This document shows, one piece after another, positions 38,601 to 47,469 of a stretch of 64,000 bases of DNA (position 1 is its first letter; each line of letters begins with the position of its first letter). The translations under genes were made by a program, and so were the position numbers. Source of the stretch: Candidatus Kaiserbacteria bacterium (GTDB lineage: Bacteria > Patescibacteriota > Minisyncoccia > Phycocordibacterales > UBA918); NCBI GenBank assembly GCA_016699245.1, contig CP064968.1:768317-832316 (forward strand). Reading direction: 5' to 3'. The notes under the pieces were generated by a model that worked only from the letters and a program-made list of their open reading frames with translations, was not told where the DNA came from and did not search any database.

Positions 38601-38686
38601 CTTTCCTTCGCGACATCAGAAGTGAACTCCTTGAAAGCAAAAACCCCGCAGAATCTGGCTTCGAACGTACTATTTATCTGGATTAG
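35651..38686 (+). CDS. UvrD/PcrA-type DNA helicase carrying an in-frame intein
   Basis: Walker A motif AGAGSGKTRV; helicase motif III (VGDVDQ / SIYSWRGA) interrupted by a 367-aa insertion; the start is probably the Met at 35651. Confidence 0.85.
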   Translation: MDHLHGLNDAQRNAVVTTEGPLLVLAGAGSGKTRVITHRIINLILQGVPPERILAVTFTNKAAKEMRERVMNLIHTHQGGARATESGVPLVTTFHALGVRMLREHHEVFGLRKQFVIYDRSDSTSAIKKAMERAGQDPKQFEPRKILSIISRAKGDAVTQTDFSGSARTYPERVAADVWIHYEAILKEDHALDFDDLLAKTLSMLKSHPPILDEYRKRFTYVHIDEYQDTNRVQFEIARLIVGDRANLCVVGDVDQCLMEGTEVTMADKTKCPVEKIKKGDSVLSCYGSGDFRPALVVRARALVPKDELVRIETVSGKVLISTKDHIHFASYVLGITPQTYITYLMWKGGVGWRLGTTQIYTKGQKKSVVGLIQRSNHEHADATWVVSTHHSIQEARVHEYILSLTYQIPTVPFIPRRGLSTHGYVHDGDALKQIFSSVDTEKSARKLLSDYHLSLSFPHHRPQSSKSVRKNINVTLCGDRRGKTPMHRISMVGSDSETKKLLMSHGFSVRPAKKNSTGWRFETAHASFAHIEALVTQLQSIIPQAYVTMHARFGIQDENLIQKNSLLFTPASSVKAGMALFGSNGKYEIVKEVSLLKSSSRVFDIDIEHTHNYIANGIVTHNSIYSWRGADIKNILQFERHFPNAKIIMLEENYRSTQTIITASNDVIEKNVNRPLKKVFTKNHEGELISLYAAMGGQEEAEYVALTAKDLIKNGVFPSEIAILFRTNFQSRALEEAFINYDVPYQMLGTKFFERREVKDVLSFLRFACNPDSNADLVRIINTPPRGIGKVTLLKIVEGKRAELPGKTSEKVDAFYRMIDDIATYAKEHPVHETLAFIMKHTGMEAEYKTGGEEGLERLENVRELVTLGTKYQEYGPEEAIEHLLEDSALGSDQDEMKEKEEFDAVRLMTIHSSKGLEFPYIFITGLEEGLFPHERLSDEGIDEEEERRLFYVALTRAKKKVFLSYAHIRTIFGTQRVNAPSSFLRDIRSELLESKNPAESGFERTIYLD
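36419..37519 (+). mobile_element. Intein (367 aa) inserted in helicase motif III of the UvrD/PcrA gene
   Basis: Begins with Cys (CLMEG), ends with ..VTHN and is followed by Ser+1 (SIYSWRGA); the flanks restore the canonical DQSIYxxRGA motif. Confidence 0.75.
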
Positions 38687-38709
38687 TTGGTATACTTCAC
38701 GTAAATCTT

Positions 38710-40257
38710 ATGACTCTTCCCAACAAGAAAGTATTTTATGTAGTGAATTCATTTTTGGCTGGTTTTTCAATCATGGTGGTTGAATTGATTTCTTCCCGCA
38801 TCGTCGCACCTATATTAGGTGCGACGGTCTTTACGTGGACATCAGTTATCGGATTGACTTTGCTCGGTCTTGCAATCGGTGGATGGGTTGGTGGGAAGGT
38901 TGCTGATTCAGTCAAAAGCAATCGGCCACTTCCTATTGCGCTACTTGCTTCGGCACTATCTGTTGCACTTATTCCTAAGTTTGCTGAGTACACAAGTTTT
39001 ATAACAGATGCCTCGAATTCCATACTTGTTCTTAATCTTCTTCTGTCTTTCTATCTATTCTTTATCCCCGCGTGTGCTATAGGCACCATACAGCCATTAC
39101 TCCTCAAAAAATATGCCGATACATTCTCAAGCATCGGAACAAAATACGGGACTCTGTCTGCTGCATGGTCGATTGGGAGTATGCTGGGTGTTTTTCTCAC
39201 AGGGTTCTTTTTAATATCGGTGATTGGAAGTACAGAAACAATATGGCTTATTTCTAGCATGTTATTTTTACTGGGCATTACGTATGTTTTTTCTGATACC
39301 TCATTGCTTCTTATTTTTATTGCCACATTATTAAGCACAGTTGTACTTTACTCTGTTACTACTACCCCATCACAAAAAAATGTACTTTTCGAAAAAGAAA
39401 CTAACTATTACAGCACTAAAGTAATAGATACCGTGCTTCCAACCCTCGGAGAATCTAGAATTCTTTTCTTAGATTTAGATATACATGGCGTTGAACCAAC
39501 TCACTCAAATCTATTGACCTACTTCGATATGCAACCTGTCTTTTCATATATAAAGGATGAAATTAAAGATATTCTTGTGCTCGGGGGAGGCGCCTATCTT
39601 TTGCCAAGACATTTTAGTGAATATTATCAAGATGCACATGTCACCGTAATTGAAACCGATCCTGAAATGATACCTATTGCTAATGAGTTTTTTAATTTAC
39701 AACAGTATCCTATTACCACCGTAATAACCGATGCGAGACTCTACATGCAAAAAAATCAGGGTACATATGATGTTATTTATGGAGATACCTTTAACTCATA
39801 TATTTCTGTCCCATGGTATCTACTTACCACTGAGTGGAACGCTCAAGTACGTGAGAGACTCAACAAGGATGGCATATATGCTATTAATTTTATAAGTTCT
39901 CTAGATGGAGATGGTGCGGAACTTGCTAAAAGTATCACAAATACCTTTAAACAGACGTTCCCTAACTATTATGTGTTTTTGTTTGGAAAGGGGTCTACTG
40001 CAGTTCAAAATATTGTTTTAGTAGGTATAAATGGAGATAATATCCTCTCTGAAAAAGAGCTTATGAAGAGGCTTGGGCAAGATGGACATACACAACTAGC
40101 TCGGACAGTCGCTTCCCGTGAATCGATAGGTAATTCTTCTGTTATTCTTACTGATGACTTTAGTCCTATCGAGCGACTCATGTCACCTCTTTTGAAGGAT
40201 TATTTTCCCAATAACGTCCGTCAAATTCGTCAGATCATGACAGAGAGAAATATATGA
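38710..40257 (+). CDS. Spermidine synthase-like aminopropyltransferase fused to an N-terminal polytopic membrane domain
   Basis: About 7 N-terminal TM helices, then a SAM-dependent fold with LVLGGGAY..VIETDPEMI..DVIYGD. Confidence 0.6.
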   Translation: MTLPNKKVFYVVNSFLAGFSIMVVELISSRIVAPILGATVFTWTSVIGLTLLGLAIGGWVGGKVADSVKSNRPLPIALLASALSVALIPKFAEYTSFITDASNSILVLNLLLSFYLFFIPACAIGTIQPLLLKKYADTFSSIGTKYGTLSAAWSIGSMLGVFLTGFFLISVIGSTETIWLISSMLFLLGITYVFSDTSLLLIFIATLLSTVVLYSVTTTPSQKNVLFEKETNYYSTKVIDTVLPTLGESRILFLDLDIHGVEPTHSNLLTYFDMQPVFSYIKDEIKDILVLGGGAYLLPRHFSEYYQDAHVTVIETDPEMIPIANEFFNLQQYPITTVITDARLYMQKNQGTYDVIYGDTFNSYISVPWYLLTTEWNAQVRERLNKDGIYAINFISSLDGDGAELAKSITNTFKQTFPNYYVFLFGKGSTAVQNIVLVGINGDNILSEKELMKRLGQDGHTQLARTVASRESIGNSSVILTDDFSPIERLMSPLLKDYFPNNVRQIRQIMTERNI

Positions 40258-41075
40258 GTGAAAAAATACCGAAAATTGAGGCAAAAAAGTCACTTGGACA
40301 ACATTTTTTGACGAATACCAAGGTCCCCATTCTTATGATGGAGGCTGGCGGGGTGAAAAGGGGTGATATTGTACTCGAAATAGGGCCGGGAACAGGGGTT
40401 TTAACCCGAGAATTGCTCAAAAATGGTGCAAAGTTGATTGCAATAGAGGCAGATATACGAGCAGTAGAATCACTCAAAGAATCATTTAGTGCAGAAATAA
40501 AGGCTCAAATGCTCACTATTATCCATGGAGATGTGCGGGAATTAGACCTTTTTGCGCTCGGCCTACGTCCTCGCGAATACAAACTCATCGCCAATATCCC
40601 CTATTATATCACTGGGTTTCTCTTTCGAATGTTTCTCGAACACAAAATCCACCCTTCAGATATTGTGTTCTTGGTGCAACGAGAGGTAGCAGAACGTATT
40701 GTGCGCGATAAAAAAGAATCTCTTCTTTCTCTTTCCGTAAAGGTATTTGGTACACCGACGTACATCAAGACAGTACGGAAGGGGAGCTTCATCCCTCCAC
40801 CAAAAATTGACTCTGCGGTTATTGCCATCAATACCATTTCAAAAGATAACTTTGCTCACATTCCGCAAGAATTCTTTTTTGTTGTACTTCATGAAGGTTT
40901 CAAATCAAAGCGCAAGCAACTTTTTGGCAATCTTTCTACACTTGTCAGTCGTGAACAACTTGTGCACATCTTCTCCACACTTGGTATCGATGAAAAGGTT
41001 CGCGCTGAGGACCTTCCTCTTATACAGTGGCTTACTCTTGTTGAAATGCTCGATACCCACATGCACCCCAAGTGA
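40254..41075 (+). CDS. rsmA: 16S rRNA (adenine1518/1519-N6)-dimethyltransferase
   Basis: SLGQHFLTN and LEIGPGTGVLT motifs. Confidence 0.85.
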   Translation: MSEKIPKIEAKKSLGQHFLTNTKVPILMMEAGGVKRGDIVLEIGPGTGVLTRELLKNGAKLIAIEADIRAVESLKESFSAEIKAQMLTIIHGDVRELDLFALGLRPREYKLIANIPYYITGFLFRMFLEHKIHPSDIVFLVQREVAERIVRDKKESLLSLSVKVFGTPTYIKTVRKGSFIPPPKIDSAVIAINTISKDNFAHIPQEFFFVVLHEGFKSKRKQLFGNLSTLVSREQLVHIFSTLGIDEKVRAEDLPLIQWLTLVEMLDTHMHPK

Positions 41076-41162
41076 GTCCACAGAGTTAACCACAGGTTTT
41101 ACCTATACATGTGCACATTCAGAGGAACACCTTGCTATACTATATGAGTAATATTCTTTCTT

Positions 41163-42059
41163 GTGAAAGGCATCATACGCATAGGAGGAGCACTCGCTGT
41201 GGGGATTGTAATCATTCTCACGGCTTTAAATGTGCCCGATCAAACAAATGCTGAAATGTCCGGCTCGGTTGTTGTTGCTACTGCCCCTGAGCGCAACTAT
41301 ATCGAATCAGTAGACTCTGATGGAGATGGCATTAAAGACTGGGAAGAGAGTCTTGGCAACCGCTTTATAGAAATTGCAAAAAGTAAGTCCTCCTCAACTG
41401 TATCAGGGACTCAAGCTCCCTACACTCCTCCCACTACACTAACTGGGAAGTTTTCTGAAGCTTTTTTTCAGGACTATCTCGATGGGAAAATAAAAGGGGA
41501 AGATTTTAGTAATCCTGAAGCATTTATTGGAAATGCAGTAACTGCTATCGAAAAAAACTCGCAGAGTAAACGTCACTCACGACTCGAACTCACCATCATT
41601 CCTTCTTCATTTGAATCTGTGTATACCTATGGAAATGAGCTTTCCTTGCTTTTGAAGAAACACTCTATCAAAAACGAAAACGAGGCGGTCATTTTAAAGC
41701 GTGCCCTCGAGACAAATAATCCTTCCGTTCTTGCTGAACTTGTACCTATCCAGGCGGTGTACACAGGCATGATAGTTGACGCACTTAGTCTGCCTGTCCC
41801 CGAAACACTTGTAGATGAGCATATCGCCTTTCTCAATGCATGCGAAGCGCTCGCTACCGACATAGAAGCAATGCAAGTTGCGTTTAGTGACCCTCTCTAT
41901 GCCCTAGCACGAGTAAAAGAATATCAAAATGATGCTAAGAATCTCGCAAAAAGTTTTGGAAATTTTGCAAAAGCATTTACTGCTGAGGGGGTTACTTATG
42001 CCAATACTGAGCCGGCAGCATTCTTTTATTTATTTGATGTAGACCATAACGCTCTATGA
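41163..42059 (+). CDS. Hypothetical exported protein (first gene of the T4SS-like cluster)
   Basis: N-terminal signal anchor. Confidence 0.4.
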   Translation: MKGIIRIGGALAVGIVIILTALNVPDQTNAEMSGSVVVATAPERNYIESVDSDGDGIKDWEESLGNRFIEIAKSKSSSTVSGTQAPYTPPTTLTGKFSEAFFQDYLDGKIKGEDFSNPEAFIGNAVTAIEKNSQSKRHSRLELTIIPSSFESVYTYGNELSLLLKKHSIKNENEAVILKRALETNNPSVLAELVPIQAVYTGMIVDALSLPVPETLVDEHIAFLNACEALATDIEAMQVAFSDPLYALARVKEYQNDAKNLAKSFGNFAKAFTAEGVTYANTEPAAFFYLFDVDHNAL

Positions 42060-43543
42060 AAAATACCTTTTTGAGAAAAATATACTCGTCCCTCATAGCT
42101 GGTTTGCTTGTTCTTTCCTTTGTGAGCGCTCCCGTCTCTCAAACACTTGAAGTTAAAAAGGCGGAAGCAATCCCTGTCTTTGATGCTGCTGCATTTAAAC
42201 TACAACTAACTGAATACATTGCAGAATATGGCACATTTGTTCAATCCACGATTTCAGCCGCGGCCGACGTAGCTATGGCTGCATCAGTAGAAAGTATTGC
42301 CCTTAAGGAATATGTCCTCGATGGTATTGTGTGGTTTCTTATCAACCTCATCCTTCAAGAGATGATACGAAGCGTCACACAGTGGGTTGCAAGTGGTTTC
42401 CAAGGTAGCCCTGCATTCGTCTCTGATTTGCAAGGTTTTCTCATGGACTTAGCAGACAAGGTTGTTGGTGATTTTATTTATGGTTCAAACCTCAGTTTTT
42501 TGTGCTCTCCCTTTAAGCTCAATATTCAACTTGCGCTTGACCTGCAATACAGCAAGACTCGTTCCTATAAGGCAAAGTGTACCCTGAGCGGTGTGGTAAA
42601 TAACGTCAGTAATTTCATGGAAGGTGATTTCCTCTCGGGCGGATGGAATGAGTGGTTCAAAATGACCCAAACTCCGGGGAACAACCAATATGGCGCCTAT
42701 ATGGAAGCATCGGTTGGTCTGAGCGCCACACTACAAAATGCCAAAGGCGAGGAGGTCAAATTGCTCGATTTTGGTAAAGGACTTTTGTCGCTCAAGGATG
42801 ATGATGGAAACATCATTACTCCAGGGACGGCTATTGAGGCAACCTTAAACGAGTCACTCAGTATTCCAGGAGAACGCCTAACTATTGCTGATGAAATTGA
42901 TGAACTTATTGGTACACTTTTTGCACAACTGGCTAAGACGGTACTTTCTGCTGCGACTGGTGGTCTTTCTGGCTTAAGTAGTACAGGGAAGAATTCTTCA
43001 TATTTCCCGAGCGTTCAAGCAGAGGCAGCAGCGCAAGGAAGCACAGGTGGGGCGGTAACTCTTTTTAGCAGTAGCCTTTCTGTTCTTACTGAGTACATCG
43101 GATATCAAAACACAATTGTCAGCTCTATTAACGGAGCAAAGACGTATGTTGAAAATTCTTGTTATACGACGAAATCTGGCAACACGGTAATTACACTCGG
43201 GACTCTTGATGCATCCCTAGCATCCCAACTGACTGCTGCATCAAATGCGGTTACGTCTGCTACCACAAAACTCAATGTTATAAAACAATATGAGTCTGAC
43301 TACACTGCGCTCGGTGCAAGCTCAACCCAAGCACTTCTGGCAAAATACAATGCTACTGACTCCGCTACTGCACAACAAAATCTCATTACACAGTACCGAG
43401 CATATGTTGCGTCTGGAGCACTTCCCACAACAGGAGGCAATGTTGATGTGAAAATGAATACTATTCCTAATGTCCAGAAAGAAATCCAGACATTCAAGGG
43501 TAATGTCGATACCTACTGCGCAAGTCTTCTAGTAAACCCATAA
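42056..43543 (+). CDS. Hypothetical exported protein
   Basis: N-terminal TM or signal segment; 495 aa. Confidence 0.4.
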   Translation: MKNTFLRKIYSSLIAGLLVLSFVSAPVSQTLEVKKAEAIPVFDAAAFKLQLTEYIAEYGTFVQSTISAAADVAMAASVESIALKEYVLDGIVWFLINLILQEMIRSVTQWVASGFQGSPAFVSDLQGFLMDLADKVVGDFIYGSNLSFLCSPFKLNIQLALDLQYSKTRSYKAKCTLSGVVNNVSNFMEGDFLSGGWNEWFKMTQTPGNNQYGAYMEASVGLSATLQNAKGEEVKLLDFGKGLLSLKDDDGNIITPGTAIEATLNESLSIPGERLTIADEIDELIGTLFAQLAKTVLSAATGGLSGLSSTGKNSSYFPSVQAEAAAQGSTGGAVTLFSSSLSVLTEYIGYQNTIVSSINGAKTYVENSCYTTKSGNTVITLGTLDASLASQLTAASNAVTSATTKLNVIKQYESDYTALGASSTQALLAKYNATDSATAQQNLITQYRAYVASGALPTTGGNVDVKMNTIPNVQKEIQTFKGNVDTYCASLLVNP

Positions 43544-43569
43544 CACTCACTGATAAAAATTCTTATTAT

Positions 43570-45846
43570 ATGAATACCATCCAACAAAAAAATAAATTCT
43601 TGCAGGGCGTGCTTGCCTTTATTTTCTTTGTGATTCTTTGTACCCCTGTTGCTATTTCATTTGAAAAGGACTCGGTGAAATCGGCCTCCGAAACAATTGG
43701 AGTCTCGGAATTTTCTTCAATTAAAATTGCTATCAGCCCCACCATAGCATACGCAGCAGATAAGGGTAAAAACGATGCTTCAGGTTCGGAATGGGTCCAG
43801 AAAGTGGTGATGGTTCTTGGTAATTTACTCCTTAGTATTGGTGCTTTCTTTGCATGGGTCACCGGCAACTTCCTTGATAAGTCACTCAAAGAACTCGTCT
43901 TTGGAATGGGTGATTTAATAAATAAAGGTGGAATAGGAATTGCTATTGATACCGCATGGGGTATTGTCCGTGATTTGTGTAACCTTGCATTTATATTTGG
44001 ATTTATTTTCCTCGGTATTCGTACTATCATTGACCCCGATAATTCTTCAGTGAAGCGTACACTTTCTCAAATTATCATTGGTGCATTCCTCATCAACTTC
44101 AGCCTCTATATGGCGAAGTTCATCATTGATTTTTCAAACTTTACTGCGTACTCCATTTACAACGCAATGGTAACAGGCGGAAGTTCCATCTCCATGATTA
44201 TGTTTGACCAGCTGGGAATCACCACATTTTATTCAACGAAAGGAATAAATACAGCCCAGTTTGCTCAAGCGACCGGGGATGGAATGATTGCGTTTTACAT
44301 CATGGGAATGATTCTTCTCCTCGTGGCTTCATTTATTTTTCTTGCTTCTACGCTACTCCTTGTTTCTCGATTCGTGCTCCTGGTATTCCTTATGATTGGT
44401 TCGCCCATACTTTTTGCTGCAACGGTGTTTCCAAAGACAGAGGGGTACGCCAAATTGCTCTGGGGGAAACTTCTCTCATTATCGTTTTTTGCACCGCTCT
44501 ACCTCCTTCTCACACTCATATCAATGATGATGCTGAAAAGTTTTGTGGGAGTAATGAGTGGCGGACAACAATTTGCATCTACCTTCACTGACCCTAATGC
44601 CAAAATGGATGCCTTCGGTGTCGTCGTGAGCTTCGTGGTAGTGATATATTTCCTCATTCAGTCGTTACTCATTGCTAAACAGCTTGGTGTTGCAGGTGCG
44701 GATAGAGCGATTGGGCTTGGGAAAACACTGAAAGGAAATGCACAAAGCCTTGTAGGAAGGACGGCACTGGGCTGGGGTGGAAATAAAATCGCAAAATGGC
44801 AAGAGAACGCACGCTACAATGGGGGAGCAGGGAGTAAGGCTGCTGCTAGAGCTGCACGATGGACGGGTGTTGATGCTGCTGCGAATGCTGCTGCGAATGC
44901 GAAATGGGGAGGTTCGAAATCAAGTAAAGAAACTGCTAGCGAGAGTCAGGAAAGGGGTCGAAAACATGCCAGAGCACAGCAAGTATCAACCATCTCTACG
45001 GCAGTCTCTGAAAGCACACACCTCAATGCAGAGCGAGAGAGAATTGAGAAGGACACTTCATCCACCCAAGCACAAAAAGATGCTGCACGTACAGCGAGCG
45101 ATACCGCTAATATGCGCATGGAGAGTGCACTTGCCGGTGCGTCCTCAGAACAAACGCTTGAACTTCTTAGGAAGCATAAAAGCGGGCCTGAACGAGATGC
45201 CATCGTTGCCAACCTTTCTGCAAGCCAGTTTGACGGTCTCATGAAAGCCAAGCCAGAAGATCTTGATGATGGAAAGAAAGAAGAACTTCGCGGTCAACGT
45301 TCTACCGCAGTGCAAAATCGACTGATTGCTGCAGAGGATAGAAAGCGTAAAGCATCTGCAACGCCGAGTGCTCCCGCAGTAGCGGCAACTATTCAGGATG
45401 TTATTGGAAAAGCAGATGGAAAGGATCTTGATGCAATGGGCTTTGATACTGTGCTCAGTCACGCAGGACAACTCTCAACTAAGCAAGTCGATGACATGTC
45501 ACTTACACCAACAGCCAAAACCCGTCTCAAGGATGCACGGAAAGCAGCACTTATTGCTGAGTTCAATACAGGTGGTGCTGGAGCTGGCGCGGGAGATCTA
45601 TTTAAGAGAATCACCAGTGAGACAGAACGAGCCAAACTACCCGGAGAGATCCTTAAGGACAGCGGAGCAGCTCCGTATCTTACACAACAGGTTCTCACCA
45701 AGATGCTTGATAATGAAAGTGTTCTTGCTTCAGACCGGGCTGCTATTAAAACAAACGTTGAAACAGCATGGCTTACCAATCCTACAAAGGCACGACAATT
45801 TGCAGACTTCTTTGATGACACCCCCGCAGGTAAACAATATGTATAG
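43570..45846 (+). CDS. VirB6/TrbL-like polytopic membrane protein with a long low-complexity hydrophilic C-terminal tail
   Basis: Multiple TM helices in the first ~380 aa; Ala/Lys-rich tail; located next to PrgI-like and VirB4-like genes. Confidence 0.5.
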   Translation: MNTIQQKNKFLQGVLAFIFFVILCTPVAISFEKDSVKSASETIGVSEFSSIKIAISPTIAYAADKGKNDASGSEWVQKVVMVLGNLLLSIGAFFAWVTGNFLDKSLKELVFGMGDLINKGGIGIAIDTAWGIVRDLCNLAFIFGFIFLGIRTIIDPDNSSVKRTLSQIIIGAFLINFSLYMAKFIIDFSNFTAYSIYNAMVTGGSSISMIMFDQLGITTFYSTKGINTAQFAQATGDGMIAFYIMGMILLLVASFIFLASTLLLVSRFVLLVFLMIGSPILFAATVFPKTEGYAKLLWGKLLSLSFFAPLYLLLTLISMMMLKSFVGVMSGGQQFASTFTDPNAKMDAFGVVVSFVVVIYFLIQSLLIAKQLGVAGADRAIGLGKTLKGNAQSLVGRTALGWGGNKIAKWQENARYNGGAGSKAAARAARWTGVDAAANAAANAKWGGSKSSKETASESQERGRKHARAQQVSTISTAVSESTHLNAERERIEKDTSSTQAQKDAARTASDTANMRMESALAGASSEQTLELLRKHKSGPERDAIVANLSASQFDGLMKAKPEDLDDGKKEELRGQRSTAVQNRLIAAEDRKRKASATPSAPAVAATIQDVIGKADGKDLDAMGFDTVLSHAGQLSTKQVDDMSLTPTAKTRLKDARKAALIAEFNTGGAGAGAGDLFKRITSETERAKLPGEILKDSGAAPYLTQQVLTKMLDNESVLASDRAAIKTNVETAWLTNPTKARQFADFFDDTPAGKQYV

Positions 45847-45848
45847 GT

Positions 45849-46364
45849 ATGGAAAATGAATTACAACAAAAGCGCATCGGCGCGTATCGGGCAGCAAGTC
45901 AACTAATAAAGGATCAGTATGGGAATATGGTTTTGGGTGGTATTTTAAAATCCATCTCACAGAACAATTCGCTTTCAAAGGAAAAACATGGTGACTTTGT
46001 AAATCTGATTGGTGACTATATTCTTGGTATATATTCGAAGGATGTCGTTGAAGAAAAATTGGTATCTCAGATTGGCATTGCGAGCAACGAGACAAAAAGT
46101 GTCCTATCGGTGATTACAAATTTCCTTACGGGAAAGGAAAATGCTCCTGAGGTCCCCGAAGCACCAAAGGATTTCAAGGAGAAGCTTGAGTTGCGACCCG
46201 AGGACGCACAGGTATCAGAAAGCGATGGGAAAGGAAGTGTGCGCCCACTCACCCGTGACGAAGTCTTGCGTGCACTCGCGCCGGCACGCACTATGGCAGG
46301 GGATATCGCATCACTCGGGAAGCCATCAGATACTCCACGAGTACCACCTACAGCAAAACCGTAG
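45849..46364 (+). CDS. Hypothetical protein
   Basis: 171-aa ORF within the cluster. Confidence 0.35.
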   Translation: MENELQQKRIGAYRAASQLIKDQYGNMVLGGILKSISQNNSLSKEKHGDFVNLIGDYILGIYSKDVVEEKLVSQIGIASNETKSVLSVITNFLTGKENAPEVPEAPKDFKEKLELRPEDAQVSESDGKGSVRPLTRDEVLRALAPARTMAGDIASLGKPSDTPRVPPTAKP

Positions 46365-46391
46365 GTATCACGACTCTTGCAGGAAGGCTAT

Positions 46392-46420
46392 CCGCGCGCG
46401 CGCCTTCGGCGCGCGCGCGG
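46392..46420 (+). promoter_or_regulatory. Perfect 12-13 bp pure-GC hairpin with a UUCG tetraloop (ccgcgcgcgcgcc-ttcg-ggcgcgcgcgcgg)
   Basis: Very GC-rich stem in an AT-biased genome; a tacaat -10-like element lies 8 nt downstream, just before the PrgI-like gene. Confidence 0.5.
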
Positions 46421-46441
46421 ACTGCGGTACAATACACATAT

Positions 46442-46846
46442 ATGCGCTTTGAAGTTCCACAATTCATTGAGGTAGAAGATAAAATTATCGGCCCCCTTAC
46501 GTGGAAGCAATTTGTGTACCTTGCGGGGGGTGTAGGTATCATAGTGGTACTGTTCCTCAGTGTACCTTTTTTGATTTTCATACTTTTTGCACTTCCGCTG
46601 GGTGCGCTCTCGTTTGCACTTGCGTTTCATCGTGTCAACAATCGACCATTTTCGGTTTTTCTTGAATCTGCCGTAATGTTTTTTACCCGCAGTCGGTTGT
46701 ATCTGTGGCGTCGTGAAACTGCACAAACCATTGTCGTAAAAAAAGAAAAATCTGAGCAGACGACTTCTGATTCTGAATTACACTCAGTACGCACGCAATC
46801 AATTCACACGCTCTCACGCAAATTAGAGCATTCACTACCCGAATAA
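46442..46846 (+). CDS. PrgI/VirB3-like small membrane protein
   Basis: 134 aa, with two adjacent TM helices after a short N-terminus, as in PrgI-family proteins; located next to VirB4. Confidence 0.5.
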   Translation: MRFEVPQFIEVEDKIIGPLTWKQFVYLAGGVGIIVVLFLSVPFLIFILFALPLGALSFALAFHRVNNRPFSVFLESAVMFFTRSRLYLWRRETAQTIVVKKEKSEQTTSDSELHSVRTQSIHTLSRKLEHSLPE

Positions 46847-46849
46847 TAT

Positions 46850-47467
46850 ATGGCGACGCAATCCTCAACACAAAAATTTGTTCCTATTGCGGATATTCAT
46901 GATGACGTGGTTGTTCTCAAAGACGGCCAGCTTTGTATGGTACTTCTTGCGTCCTCCGTCAACTTTGCACTCAAGTCTCTCGAAGAACAGCAGGCAATTC
47001 TCTCTCAGTTCCAAGCATTTCTAAATTCGATGGACTTTTCCCTTCAAATATACATGCAATCCCGTCGTCTCGATATTCGACCCTACCTTGAAACACTCAG
47101 AGAGCGAGAACCGCTTCAGGATAATGATCTCATGCGCACGCAACTCCGTGAGTATATTGAATTCATCAGCACATTTACCTCACAGGTAGAAATCATGACA
47201 AAAAACTTCTTTGTAGTGGTACCCTATGCCCCACTCGGTGTAGAAGTGAAAGGAATATCAAATTTACTCAAACAAAAAGAAACAAAGGAATCGCGTGCTG
47301 ACAAATTTTTTGAGGACCGCACGCAGCTTGAGCAACGTGTATCGGTGGTAGAACAGGGACTTGCACGCATCGGCATTCGCACAGCACCTCTCGGTACCGA
47401 CGAACTCACTGAATTGTATTATCACATTTTCAACCCAGATGACTTATCAAAAGCACCAAAACCGTAA
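46850..47467 (+). CDS. VirB4 N-terminal domain-like protein (possibly a split or frameshifted N-terminus of the ATPase)
   Basis: Matches the N-terminal ~200 aa of Gram-positive VirB4/TrsE proteins (pattern ..KDG..C..L...inF.LKS.EEQ..I...F..FLNS.DF..QI); stop at 47467; the next ORF starts at 47470 in another frame. Confidence 0.4.
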   Translation: MATQSSTQKFVPIADIHDDVVVLKDGQLCMVLLASSVNFALKSLEEQQAILSQFQAFLNSMDFSLQIYMQSRRLDIRPYLETLREREPLQDNDLMRTQLREYIEFISTFTSQVEIMTKNFFVVVPYAPLGVEVKGISNLLKQKETKESRADKFFEDRTQLEQRVSVVEQGLARIGIRTAPLGTDELTELYYHIFNPDDLSKAPKP

Positions 47468-47469
47468 CT

